NCBI GenBank assembly: GCA_964423445.1
Contig: CAYREQ010000002.1
Coordinates: 1 to 58,640, forward strand
Reading direction: 5' to 3'
Length of the DNA stretch: 58,640 bases
Origin: an uncultured Candidatus Saccharibacteria bacterium
Lineage (GTDB): Bacteria > Patescibacteriota > Minisyncoccia > Phycocordibacterales > UBA9973
Shown here: in pieces, positions 28,247 to 35,992 of the stretch
Layout of the letters: each line of letters starts with the position of its first letter
Position numbering within the stretch: the stretch's first letter is position 1
The notes under the pieces: model-generated
What the model saw: only the letters and a program-made list of their open reading frames with translations
Told to the model about the DNA's origin: nothing
The model's database searches: none
Made by a program: the position numbers and the translations under genes

Positions 28247-28684
28247 ATGAAAAATACATTTAAAAAGGGTTTTACATTGATTGAACTTTTGGTTGTTGTG
28301 GCTATCATAGGTATCTTGGCTTCAGTTGTTTTGGCTTCACTTAACACAGCTCGTTCAAAAGGTGCTGATGCTGCAGTAAAAGCAAACCTAGCAAACGTTA
28401 GAGCACAAGCTGAATTAGTTTATGATAGTGATAATGACTACGATGCTGTTTGTGGAGCAAACAGTGTTACACAGAATACTACTGTTGCTGCTGCTATTAC
28501 AGCTGCAAACACTGCTTCAGGAGGTACAGCTGTTTGTGGTAAGCCAGCTTCAGGTGCTGCTAGTGCTTGGGCTATATCTTCACCACTTAAGTCTTCTGGA
28601 CAATGGTGCGTAGATTCAACAGGTGCTTCTCATGGAATTGCTTCAGCAATATCTGCTACAACTGTTGTTTGTCCAGCTTCATAA
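28247..28684 (+). CDS. type IV pilin (major pilin candidate 1)
   Basis: 145 aa with prepilin signal 'KKGFTLIELLVVVAIIGILA' (G/FTLIE) and paired Cys in the C-terminal half. Confidence 0.9.
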   Translation: MKNTFKKGFTLIELLVVVAIIGILASVVLASLNTARSKGADAAVKANLANVRAQAELVYDSDNDYDAVCGANSVTQNTTVAAAITAANTASGGTAVCGKPASGAASAWAISSPLKSSGQWCVDSTGASHGIASAISATTVVCPAS

Positions 28685-28703
28685 TTCTATTAGTTCTAAA
28701 TTT

Positions 28704-28742
28704 AAAGACCACCCAGGGCAACCTAGGTGGTCTTTATTTTTG
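28704..28742 (+). terminator. intrinsic terminator after pilin 1
   Basis: AAAGACCACCCAGG-GCAA-CCTAGGTGGTCTTT followed by a T-run. Confidence 0.8.
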
Positions 28743-28786
28743 TGTTTGCTATAATATATATAGCTTAAAATTAAAATTTATATATC

Positions 28787-29272
28787 ATGACTATATTAAA
28801 AAGAGAAAGAGGTTTTACTTTATTAGAACTTATGGTCGTAGTTGGTCTTGTCGCTATCTTGGCTAGTTTGGTCATGGTGGCACTCGGTACTGCACGAGGC
28901 AAGGGAGGAGATGCTGGTGTAAAAAGTAATTTACACACCATAGCAAATCAAGCTGAACTTTTTATGACAGCAAATAATTCTTATTTACCTGCTGGCGGTT
29001 CTACTTTTTCTATCGCTACTTGTCCTACTTATAATGGAGCAGGTACAAATATGCTTTCAAAGGATAAAGTCATCGCTGATTCTATAGCACAAGCAGTGAG
29101 TAATGGAGGAAATGGTAGCTCTTGTTATAATTCTTCTTCCGCTTGGGCTGTAGCCGTAGGCTTGAAATCTAGCCCATCTCTTTCTTGGTGTATTGATAAT
29201 TCTGGTGCATCTAAACAAGTATCTTCTGCTCCTGCTAGTGCGATTAATGCTACGACGTTTCTCTGTAATTAG
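28787..29272 (+). CDS. type IV pilin (pilin candidate 2)
   Basis: 161 aa with 'RERGFTLLELMVVVGLVAILA'. Own TATAAT at 28750-28755. Confidence 0.88.
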   Translation: MTILKRERGFTLLELMVVVGLVAILASLVMVALGTARGKGGDAGVKSNLHTIANQAELFMTANNSYLPAGGSTFSIATCPTYNGAGTNMLSKDKVIADSIAQAVSNGGNGSSCYNSSSAWAVAVGLKSSPSLSWCIDNSGASKQVSSAPASAINATTFLCN

Positions 29273-29280
29273 TTTTATAT

Positions 29281-30090
29281 ATGATTATTACATTTACTCA
29301 TTTACTTACAATAATTTTCTTCACACTAGGTATTATAATAGGTAGTTTTTTAAACGTTGTTATTTGCAGGATGAATACATCACGATCACTCGGAGGTAGG
29401 AGTGCTTGTATGTCTTGTAAAAATCAACTTTGCTGGTATGAGCTTGTGCCTGTAGTTAGTTTTATGGGCTTAAAGGGCAGATGCAGAGTTTGTAAAAGCA
29501 AAATTTCTTTACAGTATCCACTCGTAGAATTAATCTCAGGTATAATTTTTGCTACTGTTTTTTATAAGTTGCAAGATGTTTTTTTTGTAAATATTCCTGT
29601 TTTTTCAGCCACCTATCTCTACTACGTAGTAATGTTTGCAATACTATTAGTGATAGTCGTATATGATATCAAGCATAAGATAATTCCAGACAATCTATCT
29701 CTTATGTTTGGGAGTCTAGCTTTTATTGGGTTGTTTTTTATAGATTGTAGTAGTTTTTCAAGTTTTTATTTCCATATTCCATCTATATTACAATTATTAT
29801 CTGGTGTATTTGTAGCTTTGCCATTTTTCTTACTTTGGCTAGTATCTCGTGGTAGATGGATGGGGCTAGGTGATGCAAAGCTGGCACTAGGACTGGGATG
29901 GTTTCTTGGTCTATCTGCGGCTTTCTCTGCGCTAGCATTGTCATTTTGGATTGGAACTATAGTAGGATTAATTTTAATTTTCTTTAAAGGTTATGGTATG
30001 AAAAGCGAGATTCCTTTTGCACCATACTTAGCATTGGGAACATTCATAGCGTTTGTTTTTCAATTAAATATTTTTCAAATTTATTTTTAA
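29281..30090 (+). CDS. pilD: prepilin peptidase/N-methyltransferase PilD (A24)
   Basis: 269 aa with Cys4 'CMSC...CRVC', polytopic, 'GLGDAKL'. Confidence 0.92.
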   Translation: MIITFTHLLTIIFFTLGIIIGSFLNVVICRMNTSRSLGGRSACMSCKNQLCWYELVPVVSFMGLKGRCRVCKSKISLQYPLVELISGIIFATVFYKLQDVFFVNIPVFSATYLYYVVMFAILLVIVVYDIKHKIIPDNLSLMFGSLAFIGLFFIDCSSFSSFYFHIPSILQLLSGVFVALPFFLLWLVSRGRWMGLGDAKLALGLGWFLGLSAAFSALALSFWIGTIVGLILIFFKGYGMKSEIPFAPYLALGTFIAFVFQLNIFQIYF

Positions 30091-30095
30091 ATTAT

Positions 30096-30737
30096 ATGTT
30101 ATTAAACACTAAAAAATATTATCAAATAAATAAAAAATCAGGAATGAGCTACATTGAGCTAATCGTGGTGTTGAGTATTTTCTCAGTGTTATCTGGTGTA
30201 GTTTTATATAATTACGGAGATTTTCAAAGTAAAGTAGATATAAAAAATTTATCTAGTCAAATTGCTTTAAAAATAGTAGAAGCACAAAAATCTTCTCTTT
30301 CTGGATTATTACCACAATTAAGTGTTTCTCCTACATGGAAACCTTCCTATGGAGTATATTTCAATTTTAATGATAAGGGACTTTCACAAACCAATTTTAT
30401 TTATTTTACTGACTTAGATTCAGATGGTTTTTTTGATGGAGATGATTGTACCGGAGAGTGTTTAGAAAAGGTAACTATAGGCAAAGGCAATACCATATCT
30501 GCTATGAAGGTTTTCTATGCAAGTGGTCAAGTAAAAAGAACGGGCATGGAAGAAGCAAAAGGAACACCTATTGAGGATTTGACCGTTTCTTTTTCTAGAC
30601 CTAGCTCTGGAGCAATTTTGAATACAAGTGCTGGTTTTACCTCTACTGTTTCATTTGTTCAAATTATTGTAACTTCACCGAAGTCTACAAATTCAACAAT
30701 TAATGTCTATCCTTCAGGTAGAATTGAAGTAATTTAG
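30096..30737 (+). CDS. minor pilin/pseudopilin
   Basis: 213 aa with 'KKSGMSYIELIVVLSIF' prepilin-type N-terminus. Confidence 0.75.
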   Translation: MLLNTKKYYQINKKSGMSYIELIVVLSIFSVLSGVVLYNYGDFQSKVDIKNLSSQIALKIVEAQKSSLSGLLPQLSVSPTWKPSYGVYFNFNDKGLSQTNFIYFTDLDSDGFFDGDDCTGECLEKVTIGKGNTISAMKVFYASGQVKRTGMEEAKGTPIEDLTVSFSRPSSGAILNTSAGFTSTVSFVQIIVTSPKSTNSTINVYPSGRIEVI

Positions 30738-30738
30738 T

Positions 30739-31377
30739 ATGAAAATAAATAATAACAAAAATGGATACACTATAATTGAAACCATGATTGCGGTTTCTCT
30801 TTTTTTGGTTATTACTATGGCTGGAATGGCTGCTCTATTGAATGCAAATTTACTTCAAAGAAAATCACAAAACATGCGTTCCATTATGGATAATTTGAAT
30901 TTTATCATGGAGGATATGTCTAGAAATATAAGAGTTGGTTATAATTATAGATGTTATGATAGTGGTACTTGGAGTGAGTCTTTTATTGCTCCAAATCCTG
31001 ATTTAAATACTCCGCAAGATTGTACAGGGGGAGGAGTGATTGTTTTTGAAGAAGCTCATGGTCACACACCCTCAAGTATAAATTCACCAGACCCAGATGC
31101 AAATGATCAATGGGCATACAAAATTGAAAGTCCAGATGGTTTTTTGCCTTACAATATATATAAATCTATAGATGGTGGTTCATCTTGGGTTCAATTAAAC
31201 CCAGACGAAGTCACCCTCGACCCATCTTCTTCTTTTGTGGTAACTGGATCTGAACCTACACCAAATATGGAGCAACCATATGTAACTATAAAATTAGTGG
31301 GTGAAATAACTTATAAAAATGTTGTGACTCCTTTTATTTTGCAAACATCAGTATCGCAGAGAATAATTGATATATAA
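30739..31377 (+). CDS. minor pilin/pseudopilin
   Basis: 212 aa with 'NKNGYTIIETMIAVSLF'. Confidence 0.75.
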   Translation: MKINNNKNGYTIIETMIAVSLFLVITMAGMAALLNANLLQRKSQNMRSIMDNLNFIMEDMSRNIRVGYNYRCYDSGTWSESFIAPNPDLNTPQDCTGGGVIVFEEAHGHTPSSINSPDPDANDQWAYKIESPDGFLPYNIYKSIDGGSSWVQLNPDEVTLDPSSSFVVTGSEPTPNMEQPYVTIKLVGEITYKNVVTPFILQTSVSQRIIDI

Positions 31378-31378
31378 T

Positions 31379-31813
31379 ATGAAAAATATTTTTATAAAAC
31401 AAAATAAAGGTTTTACTCTTGTAGAGACTCTGGTAGGTTTACTTATTTTTACGTTGACGATTATGGCTTCTATGTCTGTATTGGGTTCAAGTATCTCTAG
31501 TACAAATTATGCAAAACAAAAAATAGTAGCAGAGTATTTAGCCCAAGAGGGTATAGAATATGTGAGAAATCAACGTGATAACTATATTTTATTTGTTAGC
31601 GATGGGAGCGGACTTTCATGGGATCAATTTAGGGATGCTAAGACAGCTTTGATATCACCACCTCAACCTGAAGACACTACTTTTTCTAGATCAATTCAAA
31701 AAATTGTAGTAGATGCAGATCAAATAAAAATCATTTCTTCTGTTTCATGGATGCAAGGTTCTGGTTTAAAAACTGTTACTTTTTCAGAAAATTTATTTAA
31801 TTGGGTAGAGTAA
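31379..31813 (+). CDS. minor pilin/pseudopilin
   Basis: ATG lies 1 nt after the previous stop. 'KQNKGFTLVETLVGLLIF'. Confidence 0.75.
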   Translation: MKNIFIKQNKGFTLVETLVGLLIFTLTIMASMSVLGSSISSTNYAKQKIVAEYLAQEGIEYVRNQRDNYILFVSDGSGLSWDQFRDAKTALISPPQPEDTTFSRSIQKIVVDADQIKIISSVSWMQGSGLKTVTFSENLFNWVE

Positions 31814-31815
31814 TT

Positions 31816-32241
31816 ATGATAAAAATATTTAAAAAAAATAAAGGTTTTGCAATTCTTTTTGCAGTGACGCTCTCAAGTATATTGTTGGCAATTACTTTGG
31901 GTGTTACAGAGATAGCTTTTAGAGAAATAAAATTTAGTACTTCAGCTACAGCTACAAATGAAGCTTTTTTTGCAGCAGACACAGGCACAGAATTAGTCCT
32001 TTTTAATGACAAGACGGATACCTATCCTGCTGTTATTGGAAGTATAGAGTCTTGGGGTCCAATTATTATTTCAAATATAGGTGGGCAGAATTCTAGTTGT
32101 GCAATTGTGACTATAACCAAAGATTATACTGGACCTTCTATGATTACTACGATTGTGTCAAAAGGTTATAACCTTGGTGATGCTATGTGTGAATCTACAA
32201 ACCCAAATAGAATTGAACGTGAAATTGAAACTAGATATTAA
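31816..32241 (+). CDS. pilin-like protein lacking Glu5 (PilX/ComGG-like)
   Basis: ATG at 31816. 'KKNKGFAILFAVTLSSILLA' has a hydrophobic N-terminus but no E5. Confidence 0.6.
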   Translation: MIKIFKKNKGFAILFAVTLSSILLAITLGVTEIAFREIKFSTSATATNEAFFAADTGTELVLFNDKTDTYPAVIGSIESWGPIIISNIGGQNSSCAIVTITKDYTGPSMITTIVSKGYNLGDAMCESTNPNRIEREIETRY

Positions 32242-34325
32242 TGTTTGGTATGGGTAAGCTAGAAGATAAAAAAAGAATACAGAATCTAAGGCAAGAAATT
32301 CAAAGATTGCGTGATCTTTATCATGTACAAGATGCCCCAGATGTCACAGATGATGTGTATGATTCTTTAACACGAGAATTAAAAGAACTTATAAAAAAGT
32401 ATCCAGAGTTTGATGATCCAAATTCACCAGAGAATAGAGTCGGTGGTCGTCCACTAGAGAAATTTGTTAAAGTCAGTCATCAGACTAGAATGCTCTCATT
32501 GAATGATGCTTTCTCATATGAAGAGCTTTACGAATGGGAGAAGAGAATTAAAAAACTTTTGACTACAAATTCTAAATTAAATTATTTTTGCGAGATTAAA
32601 TTTGATGGCTTGGCAGCATCGCTCATATATGAAAATGGTGTTTTTACAAGAGGAGCTACAAGAGGTGATGGATTTATCGGTGAAGATATTACTCAGAATT
32701 TGAAAACAATAAAATCAATACCACTAAAATTAAAATCTCCTTATCCTAGTTTTGTGGAAGTTCGCGGGGAGGCACTTGTCAGTAAAAAAATGTTGGTAAA
32801 ATTAAACTCTATTAATGAAAAATTAGGTAAACCACTTTTTGCAAACACTAGAAATGTAGCTGCTGGTAGTCTAAGGCAATTAGACCCAAAACTAGCGTCA
32901 GAAAGGAATTTAGATTTTTTTGCTTATGACATAATAGACAAAAAATCTAATTTAAAAAATCACTCAGAAGAACATAAATTTCTTAAAGATTTAGGATTCC
33001 AAGTTGAAAAGATAGAAGCTAAATGCAAAGACCTAGAAGAGGTAATAGACTTTATTAAAAAATTTGAAAAAATTAGACCAGATTTTCCATATGGTACTGA
33101 TGGTATAGTGATATCTGTAGACGACTTAAAATCTCAAGAAGTTTTAGGTATAGTGGGTAAAGCTCCACGTTATATGGTGGCTTTTAAATATCCTGCTGAG
33201 AAAGCGACCACTATAGTAAAAGATATAAAAGTAAACGTAGGACGCACTGGAGTGCTCACTCCACTAGCTCTTTTTGAGCCGACAAGAGTAGCAGGTTCAT
33301 TGGTCTCAAAAGCTACTCTGCATAATATGGATCAGATAGAGAGATTGGGTCTGCGTATAGGGGATACTGTAGTGATAGAAAAAGCTGGAGATGTAATTCC
33401 AAAAGTAGTGGAAGTTTTGTTAAAAATGAGGACAGGCAAAGAGAAGAAATTTAAAATGCCGATAAATTGTCCAGTATGTGAGACTTTAGTTGAAAAAAAA
33501 GGCGTGAAAACAGAGTCGATAAAAAATTCTGCCGCTTTACCCGCAAGCGGGCTCCGACACGGACAAAATTTTTCACCGACTCTGTTTTCAGTAGCTTATT
33601 ACTGTAAGAATCCTAAATGCCCTGCTAAAAATGAGAGATATTTAGATCACTTTGTATCCGTTTTTGATATATATGAACTTGGACCAAAAGTATTGAGACG
33701 CTTCAAAGACGAAGGCCTTATCACAGATGCGGGAGATATATTTACTTTAGAAAAAGAAGATATAGCTACACTCGAAAGATTTGGAGAAAAATCAGCAGAG
33801 AACATAATCAAAGAAATAGAAGAAAAAAAGAAAATTCCACTCTCAAAGTTTTTGTGGGCTTTGGGCATACTGCACGTAGGGGAGGAGACAGCTAGAGATC
33901 TAGCGACGCATTTTGGAACTTTAGATAAACTAATATTATCAGTCAAAGATGATAAAGATGAAGTAGACAGCATAGAGAACATAGGTCCGGCTGTATTAAA
34001 AAGTCTACATGATTTTTTCAATGATAAAAATAATTTAAATTTTATAAAAAAATTACAAGGAAACGGTGTAGTCATAGAAAAAGCTGAAAAGAGAAAAGCT
34101 GGGAAATTTACAGGTAAGAGTTTTGTTTTGACCGGCACATTGTCTACCATGTCTCGTGAAATAGCCAAAGAGCGTATTGTCACTCTTAGTGGAAAGGTAG
34201 TGGGTTCGGTATCAAAAAATACTACTTATGTAGTAGCAGGCGTAGAGCCGGGCTCTAAATTAAAAACAGCAGAAAAACTCGGAGTAAAAATATTAAATGA
34301 GAAAGAATTTCTCAGCATGCTATAA
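32241..34325 (+). CDS. ligA: NAD-dependent DNA ligase LigA (with 29-aa insertion in the Zn finger)
   Basis: 694 aa with adenylation motif 'CEIKFDGLA', Zn finger CPVC...CKNPKC, and HhH and BRCT regions. Confidence 0.95.
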   Translation: MFGMGKLEDKKRIQNLRQEIQRLRDLYHVQDAPDVTDDVYDSLTRELKELIKKYPEFDDPNSPENRVGGRPLEKFVKVSHQTRMLSLNDAFSYEELYEWEKRIKKLLTTNSKLNYFCEIKFDGLAASLIYENGVFTRGATRGDGFIGEDITQNLKTIKSIPLKLKSPYPSFVEVRGEALVSKKMLVKLNSINEKLGKPLFANTRNVAAGSLRQLDPKLASERNLDFFAYDIIDKKSNLKNHSEEHKFLKDLGFQVEKIEAKCKDLEEVIDFIKKFEKIRPDFPYGTDGIVISVDDLKSQEVLGIVGKAPRYMVAFKYPAEKATTIVKDIKVNVGRTGVLTPLALFEPTRVAGSLVSKATLHNMDQIERLGLRIGDTVVIEKAGDVIPKVVEVLLKMRTGKEKKFKMPINCPVCETLVEKKGVKTESIKNSAALPASGLRHGQNFSPTLFSVAYYCKNPKCPAKNERYLDHFVSVFDIYELGPKVLRRFKDEGLITDAGDIFTLEKEDIATLERFGEKSAENIIKEIEEKKKIPLSKFLWALGILHVGEETARDLATHFGTLDKLILSVKDDKDEVDSIENIGPAVLKSLHDFFNDKNNLNFIKKLQGNGVVIEKAEKRKAGKFTGKSFVLTGTLSTMSREIAKERIVTLSGKVVGSVSKNTTYVVAGVEPGSKLKTAEKLGVKILNEKEFLSML
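33505..33590 (+). repeat. in-frame palindromic insertion element, copy 1 (in ligA)
   Basis: Perfect 14-bp arms TGAAAACAGAGTCG (33505-33518) / CGACTCTGTTTTCA (33577-33590) enclose a 56-nt core shared with pheT. Confidence 0.85.
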
Positions 34326-35054
34326 ATTTATTTTATTTACAGCTTCAAAGAAATTTTTAAATATTGGTTCGAGTTCACCATTTTCATATACTTCAGGATG
34401 AAACTGTACACCAAGACAAAAGTAATTTGGGTCTATATGCTCTATGGATTCCACGACTCCGAGAGGAGACATAGCTCCTATTTTTAAATCCGTACCAATC
34501 TTTTCTATACACTGATGGTGACCACAAGGCACTGTCACTTGTGACTTTTCTAGTATTTTTTCTAATTTACTTTCTTTTTCAATATTTATTATATGGGCAC
34601 AGTTAGCACCTCTCAGATCGTCATAATTTCCACCTTCACTCAAACCATGTTTTTCATCTGGAAATTTATCAGGTAAGTGCTGGGTAAGCGTACCACCTTG
34701 GGATACATTTAACACTTGCAAACCACGGCATATACCAAGAAAAGGTTTTTTGTCAGCTACAGCCCACTTGGCAATTTCCAATTCCACCTCATCTCTCTTT
34801 GGAACTTCTATATTTGTTTTATTTTCAATTTCTTTACCATAATAAGATGGGTTTATGTCTCCACCACCCATAAGAAGCACACCACTACAATTCTCGTAGT
34901 ATTTTTTTACTATATTTATGGGTAATGTAGTAGGCAAAAGAATAGGCTCAATATTATAAGAAATCAATTTCCTTAAATAAGAATCACGAATTCCGTGGGT
35001 GGGAAAATATTTTTTATCATCAAATATAGCTAGTGGAACAAGTATTTTCAACAT
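34320..35054 (-). CDS. class I glutamine amidotransferase-like hydrolase (peptidase C26 / PuuD family)
   Basis: 244 aa with nucleophile elbow 'GICRGLQVLN' and 'QFHPE'. Its 3' end overlaps the ligA stop. Confidence 0.85.
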   Translation of the reverse strand: MLKILVPLAIFDDKKYFPTHGIRDSYLRKLISYNIEPILLPTTLPINIVKKYYENCSGVLLMGGGDINPSYYGKEIENKTNIEVPKRDEVELEIAKWAVADKKPFLGICRGLQVLNVSQGGTLTQHLPDKFPDEKHGLSEGGNYDDLRGANCAHIINIEKESKLEKILEKSQVTVPCGHHQCIEKIGTDLKIGAMSPLGVVESIEHIDPNYFCLGVQFHPEVYENGELEPIFKNFFEAVNKINL

Positions 35055-35077
35055 AAATATATTATAACAAAAATATG

Positions 35078-35162
35078 CGGAGGCGGAGAGATTCGAACTC
35101 TCGATACCTTTCGGTATGCCACCTTTCCAAGGTGGTGGAATAAACCGCTATCCGACGCCTCC
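35078..35162 (-). tRNA. class II tRNA-Ser(GGA)
   Basis: Acceptor GGAGGCG/CGCCTCC, G73, anticodon loop TTGGAAA, variable arm CATACC..GGTATC, T-loop TTCGAAT. Confidence 0.9.
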
Positions 35163-35204
35163 CTGTTTATAATCTACACTATTTTTCTTAAAATAAAAGC
35201 ATAT

Positions 35205-35975
35205 GTGCTATATTTAGATATTGTGAAAAAAAACATAATTCTAAATAAAAAAGAAGGAGAGACTCCATTAGTGGCCTTAGAGGTCTTTAGATCTAAAAAT
35301 AAACTGTATAAAAATACAAAAATGACTTATGCAGGTAGATTAGACCCTATGGCGAGTGGGCTACTAATAGTCCTTGCGGGTGAAGAAACTAAAAATAAAG
35401 AAAAATACTTAGCTTTTGATAAAGAATATGAATTTGAAATCTTATTTGGCTTCGCGACTGATACATATGATATTTTAGGTAAAATCTTAAAATTCTCTTC
35501 ATTTAATCAAGATAAAAAAGAATTAGAAAAATTGGTTAAAAAAAATATAAAAAATTTTACCGGTAAATTTGTTCAAAAATATCCAATATATTCTTCAAAG
35601 ACTGTAAAAGGAAAACAACTGTTTACCTATGCTAGGAGCGGGGAAGAGGTGGAGATTCCTACAAGAGAAGTAAATGTAAAATTACTTAAATTAATAAACA
35701 CACGCACTATATCTAGTAAAAAACTTTTAGAAAATATAAATAAAAGAATTGATAAAGTACAGGGTGATTTTCGTCAAAAAGAAATTCTCAAACTATGGGA
35801 TAAATATTTGTGTACTAATACGACTAAATACACAGTGATGAGCTTTAAAATAAAATGCAGTAGTGGTACATATGTCCGTGGTATTGCAAACAGCTTAGGA
35901 GAAAATATAGGTATACCAGCATTAGCGTTTTCTATAAAAAGGACAAAAATTGGCAAATGGAGCAAAGCCAAATAA
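35205..35975 (+). CDS. truB: tRNA pseudouridine(55) synthase TruB-like
   Basis: 256 aa with 'AGRLDPMASGLL' catalytic-Asp motif. GTG start is uncertain. Confidence 0.82.
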   Translation: MLYLDIVKKNIILNKKEGETPLVALEVFRSKNKLYKNTKMTYAGRLDPMASGLLIVLAGEETKNKEKYLAFDKEYEFEILFGFATDTYDILGKILKFSSFNQDKKELEKLVKKNIKNFTGKFVQKYPIYSSKTVKGKQLFTYARSGEEVEIPTREVNVKLLKLINTRTISSKKLLENINKRIDKVQGDFRQKEILKLWDKYLCTNTTKYTVMSFKIKCSSGTYVRGIANSLGENIGIPALAFSIKRTKIGKWSKAK

Positions 35976-35992
35976 AGTGCTAAAATATTAGT

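Noticed and set aside
28422-28866. Track ORFs 28422-28613 and 28603-28866 overlapping pilin 1 and its terminator.
   Set aside because: They are out-of-frame overlaps of a gene with a textbook prepilin signal, and they span the terminator and promoter.
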